Source: Ignavibacteria bacterium
GTDB taxonomy: Bacteria > Bacteroidota > Ignavibacteria > Tepidaquicellales > OLB5
DNA length: 64,000 bases
Assembly (NCBI GenBank): GCA_017303675.1
Contig: JAFLBX010000002.1
Location: forward strand, 1,300,411 to 1,364,410
Reading direction: 5' to 3'
Part shown: positions 39,822-50,108 of the stretch, piece by piece
Numbering within the stretch: the stretch's first letter is position 1
Layout of the letters: every line of letters starts with the position of its first letter
Notes under the pieces: generated by a model
Told to the model about the DNA's origin: nothing
The model's input: the letters and a program-made list of their open reading frames with translations, nothing else
Databases searched by the model: none
Translations under genes and position numbers: made by a program

Positions 39822-41626
39822 ACAAATGATTCCTTATACTGAAGCTGGTACAGTTTTGAATATATGCCGCCCAGTTCCAGTAATTGCTGGTGCGTACCGG
39901 TTTCTCTTATTTCACCTTTATGCATTACAATAATTTTATCACATTTCTGAATAGTTGAAAGCCTGTGCGCAATAATAATAGAAGTCCTTCCTTCCATAAG
40001 CTTATCTATGGCTCGCTGGATAAGAATTTCAGAATGGGTATCAACGCTTGATGTAGCTTCATCAAGAATAAGTATCCTGGGATCATAAGCCAGTGCTCGT
40101 GCGAAGGTAATAAGCTGCCTTTCACCCTGCGAAAGAGTAACTCCCCGTTCTTTCACATTCTGCCCGTAACCCAGGGGTAGTTTGTTAATGAAGTTATCTA
40201 TCCCAATAGCTGCTGCAGCAGTTTTTATCTTTTCTTCAGGAATTTTGTTATTATTTAAGCTTATATTATTCGATATTGAATCTGAAAAGAGAAAAATATC
40301 CTGTACAACCAGCCCGATATTTTTACGAAGTTCCTCCTGCCTTAAATCTTTTATATTGATACCATCAACAGTAATTTCACCTTTTTGTGAATCGTAAAAA
40401 CGGCATATCAGATTCATTATTGATGATTTTCCTGCACCTGTAGCTCCAACAAAGGCAACTTTTTCTCCCCTGTTAATTGTAAATGATATATCTTTCAGAA
40501 CATAATCTTCCTTAACATAAGCAAACCATACTTTTTTAAATTCAATAATACCTTTGTACTCTGCAAGCTCAAGCGGGTGCTTAGGGTCACTGATAACCGC
40601 TTTGCGGTCAAGAAGCCTGAAAATCCTTTCACTGCTTGCCATTGCGGTCTGCATTATATTATATTTTTCCGAAAGATCCCTTATTGGCCTGAAGAACATT
40701 TCTGAATACTGAATAAAAGATATCAATATACCAATGGTCAAAGCTCCCTGAATAGCTTCACCTCCGCCATACCATATAATTAATGCACCTGATAGAGCGC
40801 CAATAAGCTCAACCACCGGGAAAAAAACCGAATAATAGAAAACAGACTTTTTATTAGCCCTTGTATGATCATAGTTTATTTTCTTAAAATCATCCAGTGT
40901 CTTTTTTTCTTTGTTAAATATCTTAACTACAAGAATGCCGCTGATGTGTTCCTGTAAAAAAGAGTTCATTTTGGCAAGATAAAATCTGACATCACGGAAA
41001 GCAGTCCGCACTTTACGGCGGAAAATAACCGTGGCATAAATTAAAGGAATAACAACCGAAAGAGCAATAAGTGTCAATTGCCAGCTTAAGCTGAACATAA
41101 AGAAAAGAATACCGCCTATAATAAAAATATCAGCAAAAACCATTACGATACCGCTTGAGAACATTTCGTTCAGAACCTCAATATCATTGGTAAGTCGAGT
41201 AACCAGCCTGCCAACCGGATTCTTATCAAAAAAGGACATAGAAAATTTCTGAATATGTTCAAACAGCTCCATTCTCAGATCATAAATGGTTTTTTGCCCT
41301 ATCCATTGCGTTAAATAGGTCATGGTATATTGAAGTATCCCCTGGAAGATCAATGTACCCAGCAGTATTAACACTATATTTCTTAAGCCGGCTGAGTTTT
41401 TGTTTACAATATATTCATCCACGGCAATTTTTGTCAGGTAAGGCCTGATAGTACTTAACAATGCTACTCCTACAGTTAATACAATTGCCAGGATAACCCA
41501 TTTTGTATAAGGCTTAAGATACCTGATAAGCCTTTTCATAAGCCGGGCATCATATGCCTTGCCTAAAACTTCTTCCTGTTCGTTTTCGTCAGGTTCAGCA
41601 GTATTTTTATTTTGTTCTTCAGCCAA
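39818..41626 (-). CDS. ABC exporter, fused TMD-NBD (heterodimer subunit, degenerate signature)
   Basis: GATGAGKS, LSQGE, ILILDE, IAHR; TTG start. Confidence 0.9.
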   Translation of the reverse strand: MAEEQNKNTAEPDENEQEEVLGKAYDARLMKRLIRYLKPYTKWVILAIVLTVGVALLSTIRPYLTKIAVDEYIVNKNSAGLRNIVLILLGTLIFQGILQYTMTYLTQWIGQKTIYDLRMELFEHIQKFSMSFFDKNPVGRLVTRLTNDIEVLNEMFSSGIVMVFADIFIIGGILFFMFSLSWQLTLIALSVVIPLIYATVIFRRKVRTAFRDVRFYLAKMNSFLQEHISGILVVKIFNKEKKTLDDFKKINYDHTRANKKSVFYYSVFFPVVELIGALSGALIIWYGGGEAIQGALTIGILISFIQYSEMFFRPIRDLSEKYNIMQTAMASSERIFRLLDRKAVISDPKHPLELAEYKGIIEFKKVWFAYVKEDYVLKDISFTINRGEKVAFVGATGAGKSSIMNLICRFYDSQKGEITVDGINIKDLRQEELRKNIGLVVQDIFLFSDSISNNISLNNNKIPEEKIKTAAAAIGIDNFINKLPLGYGQNVKERGVTLSQGERQLITFARALAYDPRILILDEATSSVDTHSEILIQRAIDKLMEGRTSIIIAHRLSTIQKCDKIIVMHKGEIRETGTHQQLLELGGIYSKLYQLQYKESFV

Positions 41627-41631
41627 TTAAT

Positions 41632-43386
41632 TTATTCTAGATCCTTTAATTCATCTTCAAGAAGCTGTTTCATATAAATATCAGCATAAATTCCGTCTTT
41701 TTTCACAAGGACATCATGTGTTCCTTCTTCGGCAATTGTACCTTCTTTTAGTACTATTATCCGGTCTGAATTTTTCAATGTTGATATCCTGTGGCTTATC
41801 AGTATAGTTGTCCTGTTCTTCATAACATTCTTCAAGCCATTTAGTATTTCTTCTTCAGTATAAGTATCAACTGCTGAAAAAGCATCATCAAGAATAAGTA
41901 TTTCAGGATCCGCAGCAATTGCCCTGGCAATTGATGTTCTTTGTTTCTGACCGCCTGAAAGATTGATCCCTCTTTCACCAAGAATTGTATCAAATCTTTT
42001 AGGAAAGTTATCGACATCTTTATATATCTGTGAAATTTTGGCAGCATTTATAACTGAATCTTTATCAAAATTATTTTCAGCGTAAGCAATATTGTTTTCA
42101 ATGGTATCACTGAAAAGGAAGGTTTCCTGTGGTACATAACCAATTGCTCCGCGCAGGTCTCCAAGCATATAGCTCTTTACATTTTTTCCGTCAACCAAAA
42201 TTTCACCTTCTTCTACATCAAAGAGCCTGGATATCAAATTAACAAATGTTGTTTTACCTGAACCTGTATGTCCAATTATTCCGATGGTTTCACCGGCATT
42301 AAGCTTTACATTAATATTTTTAAGCACATACGGATAATTTTCATGATACCTGAAACTAACATTTTTAAATTCTATTGCTCCGTTGATTTTATTCTCGCTC
42401 CCATTAAATGCATCTGCTGATGGATCATCAATAAAAGGCTTACTATTGAATACTTCCACCAGCCTCTTCATTGATGCTTCCGCCCTTTGTGTGAGATTAA
42501 TTATCCAGCCTAATGATATAATAGGCCATGTTAATAGTCCGAGATATATAATAAAAGCAGTCAATTGACCGATAGTTAAAGTACCTTCAATGATCTTATT
42601 TCCGCCAATATAAAGCACTATAATGACAGAAAATCCGGTAAGCAAAAACATAATAGGATAAGAAAATGACTGAACTTTTGCCAGCTCAAGATTTTTTTTC
42701 ATGTAACTTAACGACATATTCCTGAAACCTTCGGTTTCACTTTCTTCCCTTACATATGCTTTAACTACTTTAATACCTGATAGATTTTCCTGCGCTTTGG
42801 TTGTAAGATCAGAGAATTGTTCCTGAACGCGCTCAAATTTGTAATTTATACTTTTTCCTATCCTGTAAACTACATATGAAATTAATGGAATTGGTAATAC
42901 TGCAATAAGAGTAAGCTCGGTATTGAAAGATAGCATAAGAGTTATTGCCATTGTAAAGTTAATCAGTGTTTCTGCAGTATACATTATTCCCGGACCCAGA
43001 AAATTTCTGACTGCAGAAATATCATTGGTTGCAAGTGCCATTATATCTCCCGTTGGGTGAAAGTGGAAATATTGCTGGTCCTGAATAAGTATATGTCCGA
43101 AGAAATCATTTCTGAGGTCGTTCTCTATTTCACGGGATACAACAATTATCATCTGGCGGGTTAAATACAGGAAAATTCCGCTTATAACCGCAAAGCCCAC
43201 TGTCATTAAAGCATAATTAAGAAGTGAAGTACCTTCAGTATGATTTTTTATCTGGTCAATAGCTTTGGAAATTACAAAAGGAATAAGATTGGTAAAAATT
43301 GCGCTTAAGGTAATTACAATAAAGCCTATTGCAAGCTTTGCTCTGTATCTTTTTAGATATGGAAAAAGGCGTCTGAGATGTATCAT
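41632..43386 (-). CDS. ABC exporter, fused TMD-NBD (heterodimer subunit, degenerate Walker B)
   Basis: GHTGSGKT, LSGGQ, ILILDD, ISHR; pattern matches TM287/288- and BmrCD-type heterodimers. Confidence 0.9.
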   Translation of the reverse strand: MIHLRRLFPYLKRYRAKLAIGFIVITLSAIFTNLIPFVISKAIDQIKNHTEGTSLLNYALMTVGFAVISGIFLYLTRQMIIVVSREIENDLRNDFFGHILIQDQQYFHFHPTGDIMALATNDISAVRNFLGPGIMYTAETLINFTMAITLMLSFNTELTLIAVLPIPLISYVVYRIGKSINYKFERVQEQFSDLTTKAQENLSGIKVVKAYVREESETEGFRNMSLSYMKKNLELAKVQSFSYPIMFLLTGFSVIIVLYIGGNKIIEGTLTIGQLTAFIIYLGLLTWPIISLGWIINLTQRAEASMKRLVEVFNSKPFIDDPSADAFNGSENKINGAIEFKNVSFRYHENYPYVLKNINVKLNAGETIGIIGHTGSGKTTFVNLISRLFDVEEGEILVDGKNVKSYMLGDLRGAIGYVPQETFLFSDTIENNIAYAENNFDKDSVINAAKISQIYKDVDNFPKRFDTILGERGINLSGGQKQRTSIARAIAADPEILILDDAFSAVDTYTEEEILNGLKNVMKNRTTILISHRISTLKNSDRIIVLKEGTIAEEGTHDVLVKKDGIYADIYMKQLLEDELKDLE

Positions 43387-43450
43387 TTATGCAAATTTAG
43401 CTTAATTGAAGAATTGTTGCTATACCAAAAATTAAATAAGATGAACACAT

Positions 43451-43482
43451 AAAAAAAGTCCTGCAGAAAAATCCTGCAGGAC
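43451..43482 (-). terminator. Terminator after the aryl-sulfate sulfotransferase gene
   Basis: GTCCTGCAG-N7-CTGCAGGAC then T7 on the minus strand. Confidence 0.75.
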
Positions 43483-43546
43483 GATCAATTAACCGGAATA
43501 TATTTTTCCTATAATATCCCTTTTGAAACAATTTTACAAATATATA

Positions 43547-45364
43547 TTACTTAATTAATACCATTTTTTTAATAATTGAATTATTTTCTGTCAGCATTCT
43601 GTAAAAATAAATTCCGCTTGATAAGCCTGAAGCATTAAATTCAGCTTTATAACTGCCTGCTTTTAACCTGTCATTAATTATAGTAGAAACAATTTGTCCC
43701 AGAGAGTTACATACATCAATTTTTACCCCTGTTAATTCCGGTACATCAAATTCTATTGTTGTAGACGGGTTAAATGGATTTGGATAATTCTGCCTTAAAG
43801 AAAATTGAGAAGGAATCTTATTGGATTCCGGCTCATACCCGGTAATATTATTATCGTAATTATATTTAAATACCCTGTATGAAAAGACACCTGCCGGAAG
43901 GTTCATAACAAGAGCTCTGGTTCCATCCGGTTTAACTTCAGTAACAGTAGGATTAACTGATCCCCAGCTTATTAAAGTATTACCGTTTTCAAGTCTTTGG
44001 GCAAAGCCCATTGCATTTCCGTAAATCGCAGGAGAATTTTTATACTCCCATACTTTTGTTGCAATGCGGTTAGTTTCATCCAGGATATACTCAACAGCCC
44101 TGGATTCAGATGGAGTATGATAATTACCGTTATCAAACATTATTATATTCCCGTTCAGAAGCCTCCTTATACCATGCTGATGAGAAAATCTCCCCGGATC
44201 ATTGGGGAAGCTGAACTGATTCTGCTTTCCTCCAAGTCTCCAGATAATATTGCCGGTTAACCTGTTTATTTTTGTGATTTCATCTAGATGTCGCGATGAA
44301 AGCAAAATATTTCCGTCATTGTCTGCTTCTAATGCATTGCCATGTATATAATCAATTTCAACTGCCAGAAAATCTTCATGAGTTGCATCTGTTATGGGAA
44401 TATGGTCCCAGCTTCTCCACTGAAATACAACATTTTTATTAACATCAATTTCCTGAATTATTAAACCTGTAACCTGTGCTGCAGGATTCCCGCCCTGGAC
44501 GATCTGGCTCATATCCACGATCTGTTTATCATAACTCATTAATAATGCATTCCGGTTCGGAAGTACCCGCAATTCATGTATATCTGTCAGGTAACCATTA
44601 CCGGTATAAAAGCTATCAACACGCACATAGTTAGTATCAAGCTCATAATACTTTCCCCCGTTCCTGCTGAAATATGTAAAATTACCATTAGGCTGACGGT
44701 TGAAATCAAATACCTGTGCGCTCATTTGCCTGGAGAAAACAGCGGAAGCATCGTTATTAAGTATTAACAGATGAGGAGTATTTGGTATTTGAACATTGAA
44801 TACTATATTCGACATCAAAATTTTACCGGGTGAAGGATTATCGGAAAAAATTACATTAATTTGAGGTATATCTTGAGAACCTGTAAATGAAGGTATATTG
44901 TTTTCTAGTTTTGAAATTAATTCCGCACTTAATTCATTTTCCAAACCTGTGAAATGAGATTGAATGAGAGGTCTTTCAGTTACGTAAAACGAATATTCAA
45001 ATGGTTCAATACTTTTCCCGCTTTTATCTTTAATAACAGATGAAAATTTTACTGCTATCTTTTCCCCATCAGCAAACCCGGTTAAGGTTTTAAAGATATA
45101 TGTACTTTTATCTGCTGATACCACACATGTATAACTATAGTTGTAATTTATACTGCCTGTAATTGTTACTGCGCCGGGTTTTAAAATTGAGCCTGCGTTT
45201 AACAGTGCATTCGGACGAATTGCTATTGCAGTATTTTTATTCACATATTTTGCATTTGGAACCGGGTCAAAATAGCTTAAATAGCTTTTACCGGCAGTAC
45301 CTGAAGCAAAAGTAAAAAAATTAAAGAGAATAATTGCAGTAAAAACTAAAAACGGTTTGGGCAT
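43547..45364 (-). CDS. Aryl-sulfate sulfotransferase-like protein with N-terminal Ig-like domain and T9SS CTD
   Basis: DYIHGNAL, WRLGG, SHQHG, FDNG, ENGNTLISWG; QNYPNPFNP CTD. Confidence 0.8.
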   Translation of the reverse strand: MPKPFLVFTAIILFNFFTFASGTAGKSYLSYFDPVPNAKYVNKNTAIAIRPNALLNAGSILKPGAVTITGSINYNYSYTCVVSADKSTYIFKTLTGFADGEKIAVKFSSVIKDKSGKSIEPFEYSFYVTERPLIQSHFTGLENELSAELISKLENNIPSFTGSQDIPQINVIFSDNPSPGKILMSNIVFNVQIPNTPHLLILNNDASAVFSRQMSAQVFDFNRQPNGNFTYFSRNGGKYYELDTNYVRVDSFYTGNGYLTDIHELRVLPNRNALLMSYDKQIVDMSQIVQGGNPAAQVTGLIIQEIDVNKNVVFQWRSWDHIPITDATHEDFLAVEIDYIHGNALEADNDGNILLSSRHLDEITKINRLTGNIIWRLGGKQNQFSFPNDPGRFSHQHGIRRLLNGNIIMFDNGNYHTPSESRAVEYILDETNRIATKVWEYKNSPAIYGNAMGFAQRLENGNTLISWGSVNPTVTEVKPDGTRALVMNLPAGVFSYRVFKYNYDNNITGYEPESNKIPSQFSLRQNYPNPFNPSTTIEFDVPELTGVKIDVCNSLGQIVSTIINDRLKAGSYKAEFNASGLSSGIYFYRMLTENNSIIKKMVLIK

Positions 45365-45596
45365 AGTTAACTTTTAAATGTATATTTACAAATGTAAAAG
45401 ATTGAATAGCTTAATACAATAATTAAATTCCCGGGAAAGTTAATAAATAGGGTTAGTTAAAAATAACAACTATGCCGGGGATACAGTTAATTTGAGTTAA
45501 CCGTACCCCTAAAATAGTCAATACTTTTTACCTTTTTAAAAATCTTAATTCACAATTGTAGGATAATTCTTACAAAAAAAATTTGAAACCAGTAAA

Positions 45597-46919
45597 TTAT
45601 TTTACCAAAGCCATTTTTTTGGTTTCTGAATACTTTTCAGTTTCAAGTTTATAAAAATATACACCGCTTGGATAATCTGAAGCATTCCATTCGGCTTCAT
45701 ATGTGCCGTAGTTTAAATTCTGATTTACCAATATATTTACTACCCTGCCTAAAGCATCAAATACAGATAATTTTACGTTACCTTTAACCGGAATACTGAA
45801 CTTTATTTTTGTAACGGGATTGAATGGATTTGGATAATTTTGAGAAAGCGAATAATTTTCCGGTATACTATTGCCCGTTTGTGTAATACCTGAGAAGTAA
45901 TAATTGCAGCGGGTAATGCCCCCGTTTGATCTTACGCCAAAACAAATTCCGCTGTTCCTTACATTTGTAAAATGCCTGTAGTTACCAGCAGGTGCTGTAT
46001 ATTCAATTGCCCAAGAAGAACCATACATCCCTCTGTATATACTTGTTGTGTTTCTGGTATACCAGCAATAACCATAAAAATCAACCGGTGCCGGGAACAT
46101 TACGAAGCCGGAAAAATTTCCTGTACCTAACGATGCTTGCGAAGACCAGTTAGCGCCATAATTTGAACTTCTTATAAGGTTAGTGCCGCCGGCCAAACCT
46201 TCGCCACCGCCAAAAAAAATCATTGCTAACGCATATGTATTAACTTCCGGAGCTGTTGATTGGGATATCCAGGTTGAGCCAAAATTAGTTGAATAATATA
46301 TTCTTGTATTATTTGTTCCAAACCAAATTGAACTATCAAGACCTGTATTAAAGGAATAAGGTGCCTGTGTGCCTATGAAAATTGAATTATTCCATCCTGC
46401 TTCAGTACCTGCCTGCGGCAGGTAGCAGCCGGCAGAATCCCAGTTTATACCGCCATTTGAAGTTTTAAAAAGTGACCACCTTCCCCCAGCTGGATCTCCC
46501 TGTGCAAATCCGTGCAGCGGCTGATTTCTTTTAAAAACTATACCGTTTATAAAACCACCGGGCTGGGAAAGTACCTGTACCCAGTTTGCACCGGCATTTG
46601 ATGTGCGCCAGATCCATGTATCACTGCCAACATAACCCGCCGTTATAGCTGTTGACGCATCTATTCCCCAGATGCTTACTAATGAAACAGTATTTGGGAT
46701 TCCCCCGCCGCTTACATTCAGCCAGTTCGATCCCCCATTAGTAGTTCTAAGGACGGTTCCGCTGTAACCGCAGACCCATATGTTCATTTCTGTTATCGGT
46801 GATACCGATGTCAGCTGAACTGTAACACCTGAAGTCTGCTCAACCCAATACTGGGAATAAGCTGAACACGTTAAAACCGAAAAGAAAAAAAATATGTAAA
46901 TTAATTTTTTCACATTCAT
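45597..46919 (-). CDS. T9SS cargo, YCF48/BNR-like propeller (paralog B1)
   Basis: RTTNGGSNW repeats; GDPAGGRWS; type A CTD. Confidence 0.8.
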   Translation of the reverse strand: MNVKKLIYIFFFFSVLTCSAYSQYWVEQTSGVTVQLTSVSPITEMNIWVCGYSGTVLRTTNGGSNWLNVSGGGIPNTVSLVSIWGIDASTAITAGYVGSDTWIWRTSNAGANWVQVLSQPGGFINGIVFKRNQPLHGFAQGDPAGGRWSLFKTSNGGINWDSAGCYLPQAGTEAGWNNSIFIGTQAPYSFNTGLDSSIWFGTNNTRIYYSTNFGSTWISQSTAPEVNTYALAMIFFGGGEGLAGGTNLIRSSNYGANWSSQASLGTGNFSGFVMFPAPVDFYGYCWYTRNTTSIYRGMYGSSWAIEYTAPAGNYRHFTNVRNSGICFGVRSNGGITRCNYYFSGITQTGNSIPENYSLSQNYPNPFNPVTKIKFSIPVKGNVKLSVFDALGRVVNILVNQNLNYGTYEAEWNASDYPSGVYFYKLETEKYSETKKMALVK

Positions 46920-46923
46920 TATT

Positions 46924-47790
46924 TTATTTTATTAGAACCATTTTCTTTGTTTCAGAATAATCTTCAGTTTCCAGCTTATAATAATAAACCCCGCTCGGGT
47001 ATGCTGAAGCATCCCAGTCAACTTTATATGATCCTGGCTGCAAATCACGATTGAGCAAAATTTCAACTTCCTTGCCAATCACATCGAAAACCGTTAATTT
47101 CACAAAACCGAAATCAGCAATACGAAAATCGATATAAGTTAACGGATTGAACGGGTTTGGATAGTTTTGGGAAAGTGAATAATTTTCGGGTACTTCTGAA
47201 GATATTTGATTTAAGCCCACTAATGATGTATCGCCATAAACTACGCCATCAATAATACATCCCCGCAGGTGTTCAACATAAAATATATTTCCGCTTTGCG
47301 TGTAAAGCTCCATGATACCGAAATTTCTGGCAAAAATTATACCGTTATTTCCCAATCTGAAATTCTTTGTTCTTCTAAATGTTCCAAAAAGTTCCCTTAA
47401 ATTAGTATCGCTGCAGACTTTATAATTTGCACCGCAGTCATATTTTATTGTATCATTCAGCGCTGCCGAAAGTGAATCTCCCATTCTATCGAAAGGTGAC
47501 CATTGGCATCCGTTGCTGCTAGAATAGTAATATCGGTTAGCTGTTAAAGAATCAATACGCTGATAATATCCGCCATATGAATAATAAATATGTCCATTGT
47601 AAATATTCGTACTTGTTACCTGTCTGCTGAATCTTCCTGACTGCCCGAACTGAGTACTGTAAAAAGAATAAACCCACTTATTTCCGGGCTTAAGGGGGAA
47701 ATATGATACAGCATCATTAATTTGTGAAATAATATAAACGCTATTTATATTAGCAAAAAATATTAATATTAATATTTTGTTAATTTTCAT
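46924..47790 (-). CDS. T9SS cargo of unknown function (paralog A1)
   Basis: YFPLKPGNKW, RIDS, GCIIDGVVYGDT; CTD. Confidence 0.8.
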   Translation of the reverse strand: MKINKILILIFFANINSVYIISQINDAVSYFPLKPGNKWVYSFYSTQFGQSGRFSRQVTSTNIYNGHIYYSYGGYYQRIDSLTANRYYYSSSNGCQWSPFDRMGDSLSAALNDTIKYDCGANYKVCSDTNLRELFGTFRRTKNFRLGNNGIIFARNFGIMELYTQSGNIFYVEHLRGCIIDGVVYGDTSLVGLNQISSEVPENYSLSQNYPNPFNPLTYIDFRIADFGFVKLTVFDVIGKEVEILLNRDLQPGSYKVDWDASAYPSGVYYYKLETEDYSETKKMVLIK

Positions 47791-47842
47791 TTATGATACT
47801 CCAATCTAATATATCAGTGAAATATTATTTTAAAGTGATACC

Positions 47843-49132
47843 TCATTTCACTAAAACCATTTTTCTTGTTTCTGTAAAGAAGCTTTGTTGAGAAGTCACT
47901 TCCTGAAGTTTATAATAATACACACCGCTTGGATAGGCTGATGCGTCCCAGTTAGCGATATACGTGCCGGGCTGAAGCTGTTTATTAATTATAACATCTA
48001 TTTCTCTGCCAATTGCGTCATAAATTGATAATTTTACCAAACCGTAATCTGTTATACTAAATTCGAAATTCGTAACCGGATTGAACGGATTTGGATAATT
48101 TTGGGATAAAGAAAATTTTTCAGGTACTTCGCCGCTGGTTTGGTTTACACCTTCCACGAATACATTGAACTTTGTAATACCTCCGTTCGACCTTACCCCA
48201 TACCCCACAATCGGCCAGCCGGAATTCCTTTCAACCCCGATATGATTATATGAGCCCGCAGGCGCTGTATAATAAACAAACCATTGTCCCGTGCCGAATC
48301 CATAATAAATTGAGCTGCTTGCATTCCTTACATACATTACATTTCCTGACCACATAGGAAAACCCGTCATTCCAACGATCAAACCCGATCCAAGAGAACC
48401 TATTCCTGTCCAGTTTACCCCGTAATTCGTGCTTTTAAAAATATTATTACCTCCAAAATATCCTGTTGTGTTTCCGTTCGGATCAAACCACAATGCTGTG
48501 ACATCCGTTTCAGGAGAAGAATTTTGTACCGTCCAGTTTGCTCCGTTATTTGAAGAATAATATATCCTTGTGTTGTTAGTTCCAAACCAAATTCTGGTTT
48601 GCGCGTAAGTCATACAATTTGAGTAACCCGCTTCCGTGCCTGCTTGGGGTAACCCTAAACCTGCTGAATCCCAAACAGCACCGTTATTACTTGTTTTCCA
48701 TATTGACCACCTTCCCCCAACAGGATCACCCATCATAAAACCCGTACTGTCATTTTTTATGCTTACAGCATTTATAAACCCATTAGCCTGGCTGAATACC
48801 TGCTGCCAGTTCGCACCTGAATTTGTTGTACGCCATACCCAGGTGTTGGTAGCATTGTATCCTGCTGCTAATACAAGCGAAGGCGTTACGGCAAAAATGT
48901 GATTCAAGGTAATATTCACGGGAATACCGCTTCCTGTAACATTAAGCCAATTGACGCCGCCATTTGATGTCCTAAGTACTGTACCGTTATCACCGCATAT
49001 CCAGGCATTGTTAAGATCAAAAACTGATACACAATTCAGACTTACCGTTACACCTGAATTCTGTTCAAACATTTGCGCAAAAGTAAGTTGTGAAGATATG
49101 ATCAAGATGATCAAAAGTAAAATTTTCTTCAT
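47843..49132 (-). CDS. T9SS cargo, YCF48/BNR-like propeller (paralog B2)
   Basis: Shares GDPxGGRWS, LPQAGTEAG, IWFGTNNTRIYYS with B1; CTD. Confidence 0.8.
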   Translation of the reverse strand: MKKILLLIILIISSQLTFAQMFEQNSGVTVSLNCVSVFDLNNAWICGDNGTVLRTSNGGVNWLNVTGSGIPVNITLNHIFAVTPSLVLAAGYNATNTWVWRTTNSGANWQQVFSQANGFINAVSIKNDSTGFMMGDPVGGRWSIWKTSNNGAVWDSAGLGLPQAGTEAGYSNCMTYAQTRIWFGTNNTRIYYSSNNGANWTVQNSSPETDVTALWFDPNGNTTGYFGGNNIFKSTNYGVNWTGIGSLGSGLIVGMTGFPMWSGNVMYVRNASSSIYYGFGTGQWFVYYTAPAGSYNHIGVERNSGWPIVGYGVRSNGGITKFNVFVEGVNQTSGEVPEKFSLSQNYPNPFNPVTNFEFSITDYGLVKLSIYDAIGREIDVIINKQLQPGTYIANWDASAYPSGVYYYKLQEVTSQQSFFTETRKMVLVK

Positions 49133-49143
49133 TATTTATTCTT

Positions 49144-50100
49144 TTATTTAATTAATACCATTTTTTTAGTTTCTGTAAAGACGTCCCGCTGGGACGTCTC
49201 GACCTTTAGCTTATAATAATACACGCCGCTCGGATATGCTGAAGCATCCCAATCGGCTTCATATGTGCCTGGCTGTAACTGCTGATTTACAAGGATTGCT
49301 GCTTCTTTACCGAGGGCATCGTAAATTGATAAAAGTGTTAACACACCCCGCCCTTCGGGCACCCCTCTCAAGAGGGGAACACTGAATTTTATTTTCGTAA
49401 CCGGATTAAACGGGTTTGGATAATTTTGAGATAATGAAAATTTTTCAGGAGTTTCTGTACTAAGCACACTTATACCAACAGGAAACGATGTATCACCATA
49501 CAAAACACCATCAATTATAGATCCCTGCAAAGTATAAGTGCAGCTAGAGCCTGCATAACAACCCATTACAGAACTTACTAAACCAATATATTTAGCGTAC
49601 CTTCTGAATTTAAAATATGTTGGTACATTCTGACCTACATATTTGGTTCTGTAATTATTTCCGAACATATTTATAATATTAGTATCCTGGCAGGATGTAA
49701 AATAACATGAATTACTAGTGAATATATTTGGCAGCATTTTTAAAGAATCAAGTAACATCTCATTTGGATTCCATGTACAGGAACCAGCAGCGGTATTGAA
49801 ATAAATATTTCCATTAGAACTATCGATCCGGATTCCATTATTTAGTTGAACTAAAAATGGTGAATAAGAATAGAACGAGCAACTACAAGGTGTGCCGTTT
49901 AAATCCAGGTTAAAATATTTATGTCCGTTATTTATAATAAATCCTGATACGCTCATTTTAATTTTACCGGAGCCGCTGGAGCCGGAATAATTATATATCC
50001 ACACATTACCTGTCTTAAGAGGCAGATATTTAACAATACTGGTATCTTGTGCAATAATTACAGAAAAATTAAAAAATAGTATTAAGAGTATTGTTTTCAT
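49144..50100 (-). CDS. T9SS cargo of unknown function (paralog A2), two palindrome-derived inserts in its CTD
   Basis: YLPLKTGNVW, RIDS, GSIIDGVLYGDT; CTD. Confidence 0.8.
   Translation of the reverse strand: MKTILLILFFNFSVIIAQDTSIVKYLPLKTGNVWIYNYSGSSGSGKIKMSVSGFIINNGHKYFNLDLNGTPCSCSFYSYSPFLVQLNNGIRIDSSNGNIYFNTAAGSCTWNPNEMLLDSLKMLPNIFTSNSCYFTSCQDTNIINMFGNNYRTKYVGQNVPTYFKFRRYAKYIGLVSSVMGCYAGSSCTYTLQGSIIDGVLYGDTSFPVGISVLSTETPEKFSLSQNYPNPFNPVTKIKFSVPLLRGVPEGRGVLTLLSIYDALGKEAAILVNQQLQPGTYEADWDASAYPSGVYYYKLKVETSQRDVFTETKKMVLIK
49175..49203. repeat. In-frame GTAGAGACG-type palindrome (encodes VETSQRDVF)
   Basis: AGACGTCCC-GCT-GGGACGTCT perfect 9-bp stem. Confidence 0.85.
49341..49378. repeat. In-frame double-hairpin element (encodes PLLRGVPEGRGV)
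   Basis: GCCC-TTC-GGGC and CCCCTC-TCAA-GAGGGG; GC-rich island in AT-rich gene. Confidence 0.8.
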
Positions 50101-50108
50101 ATTTACTC

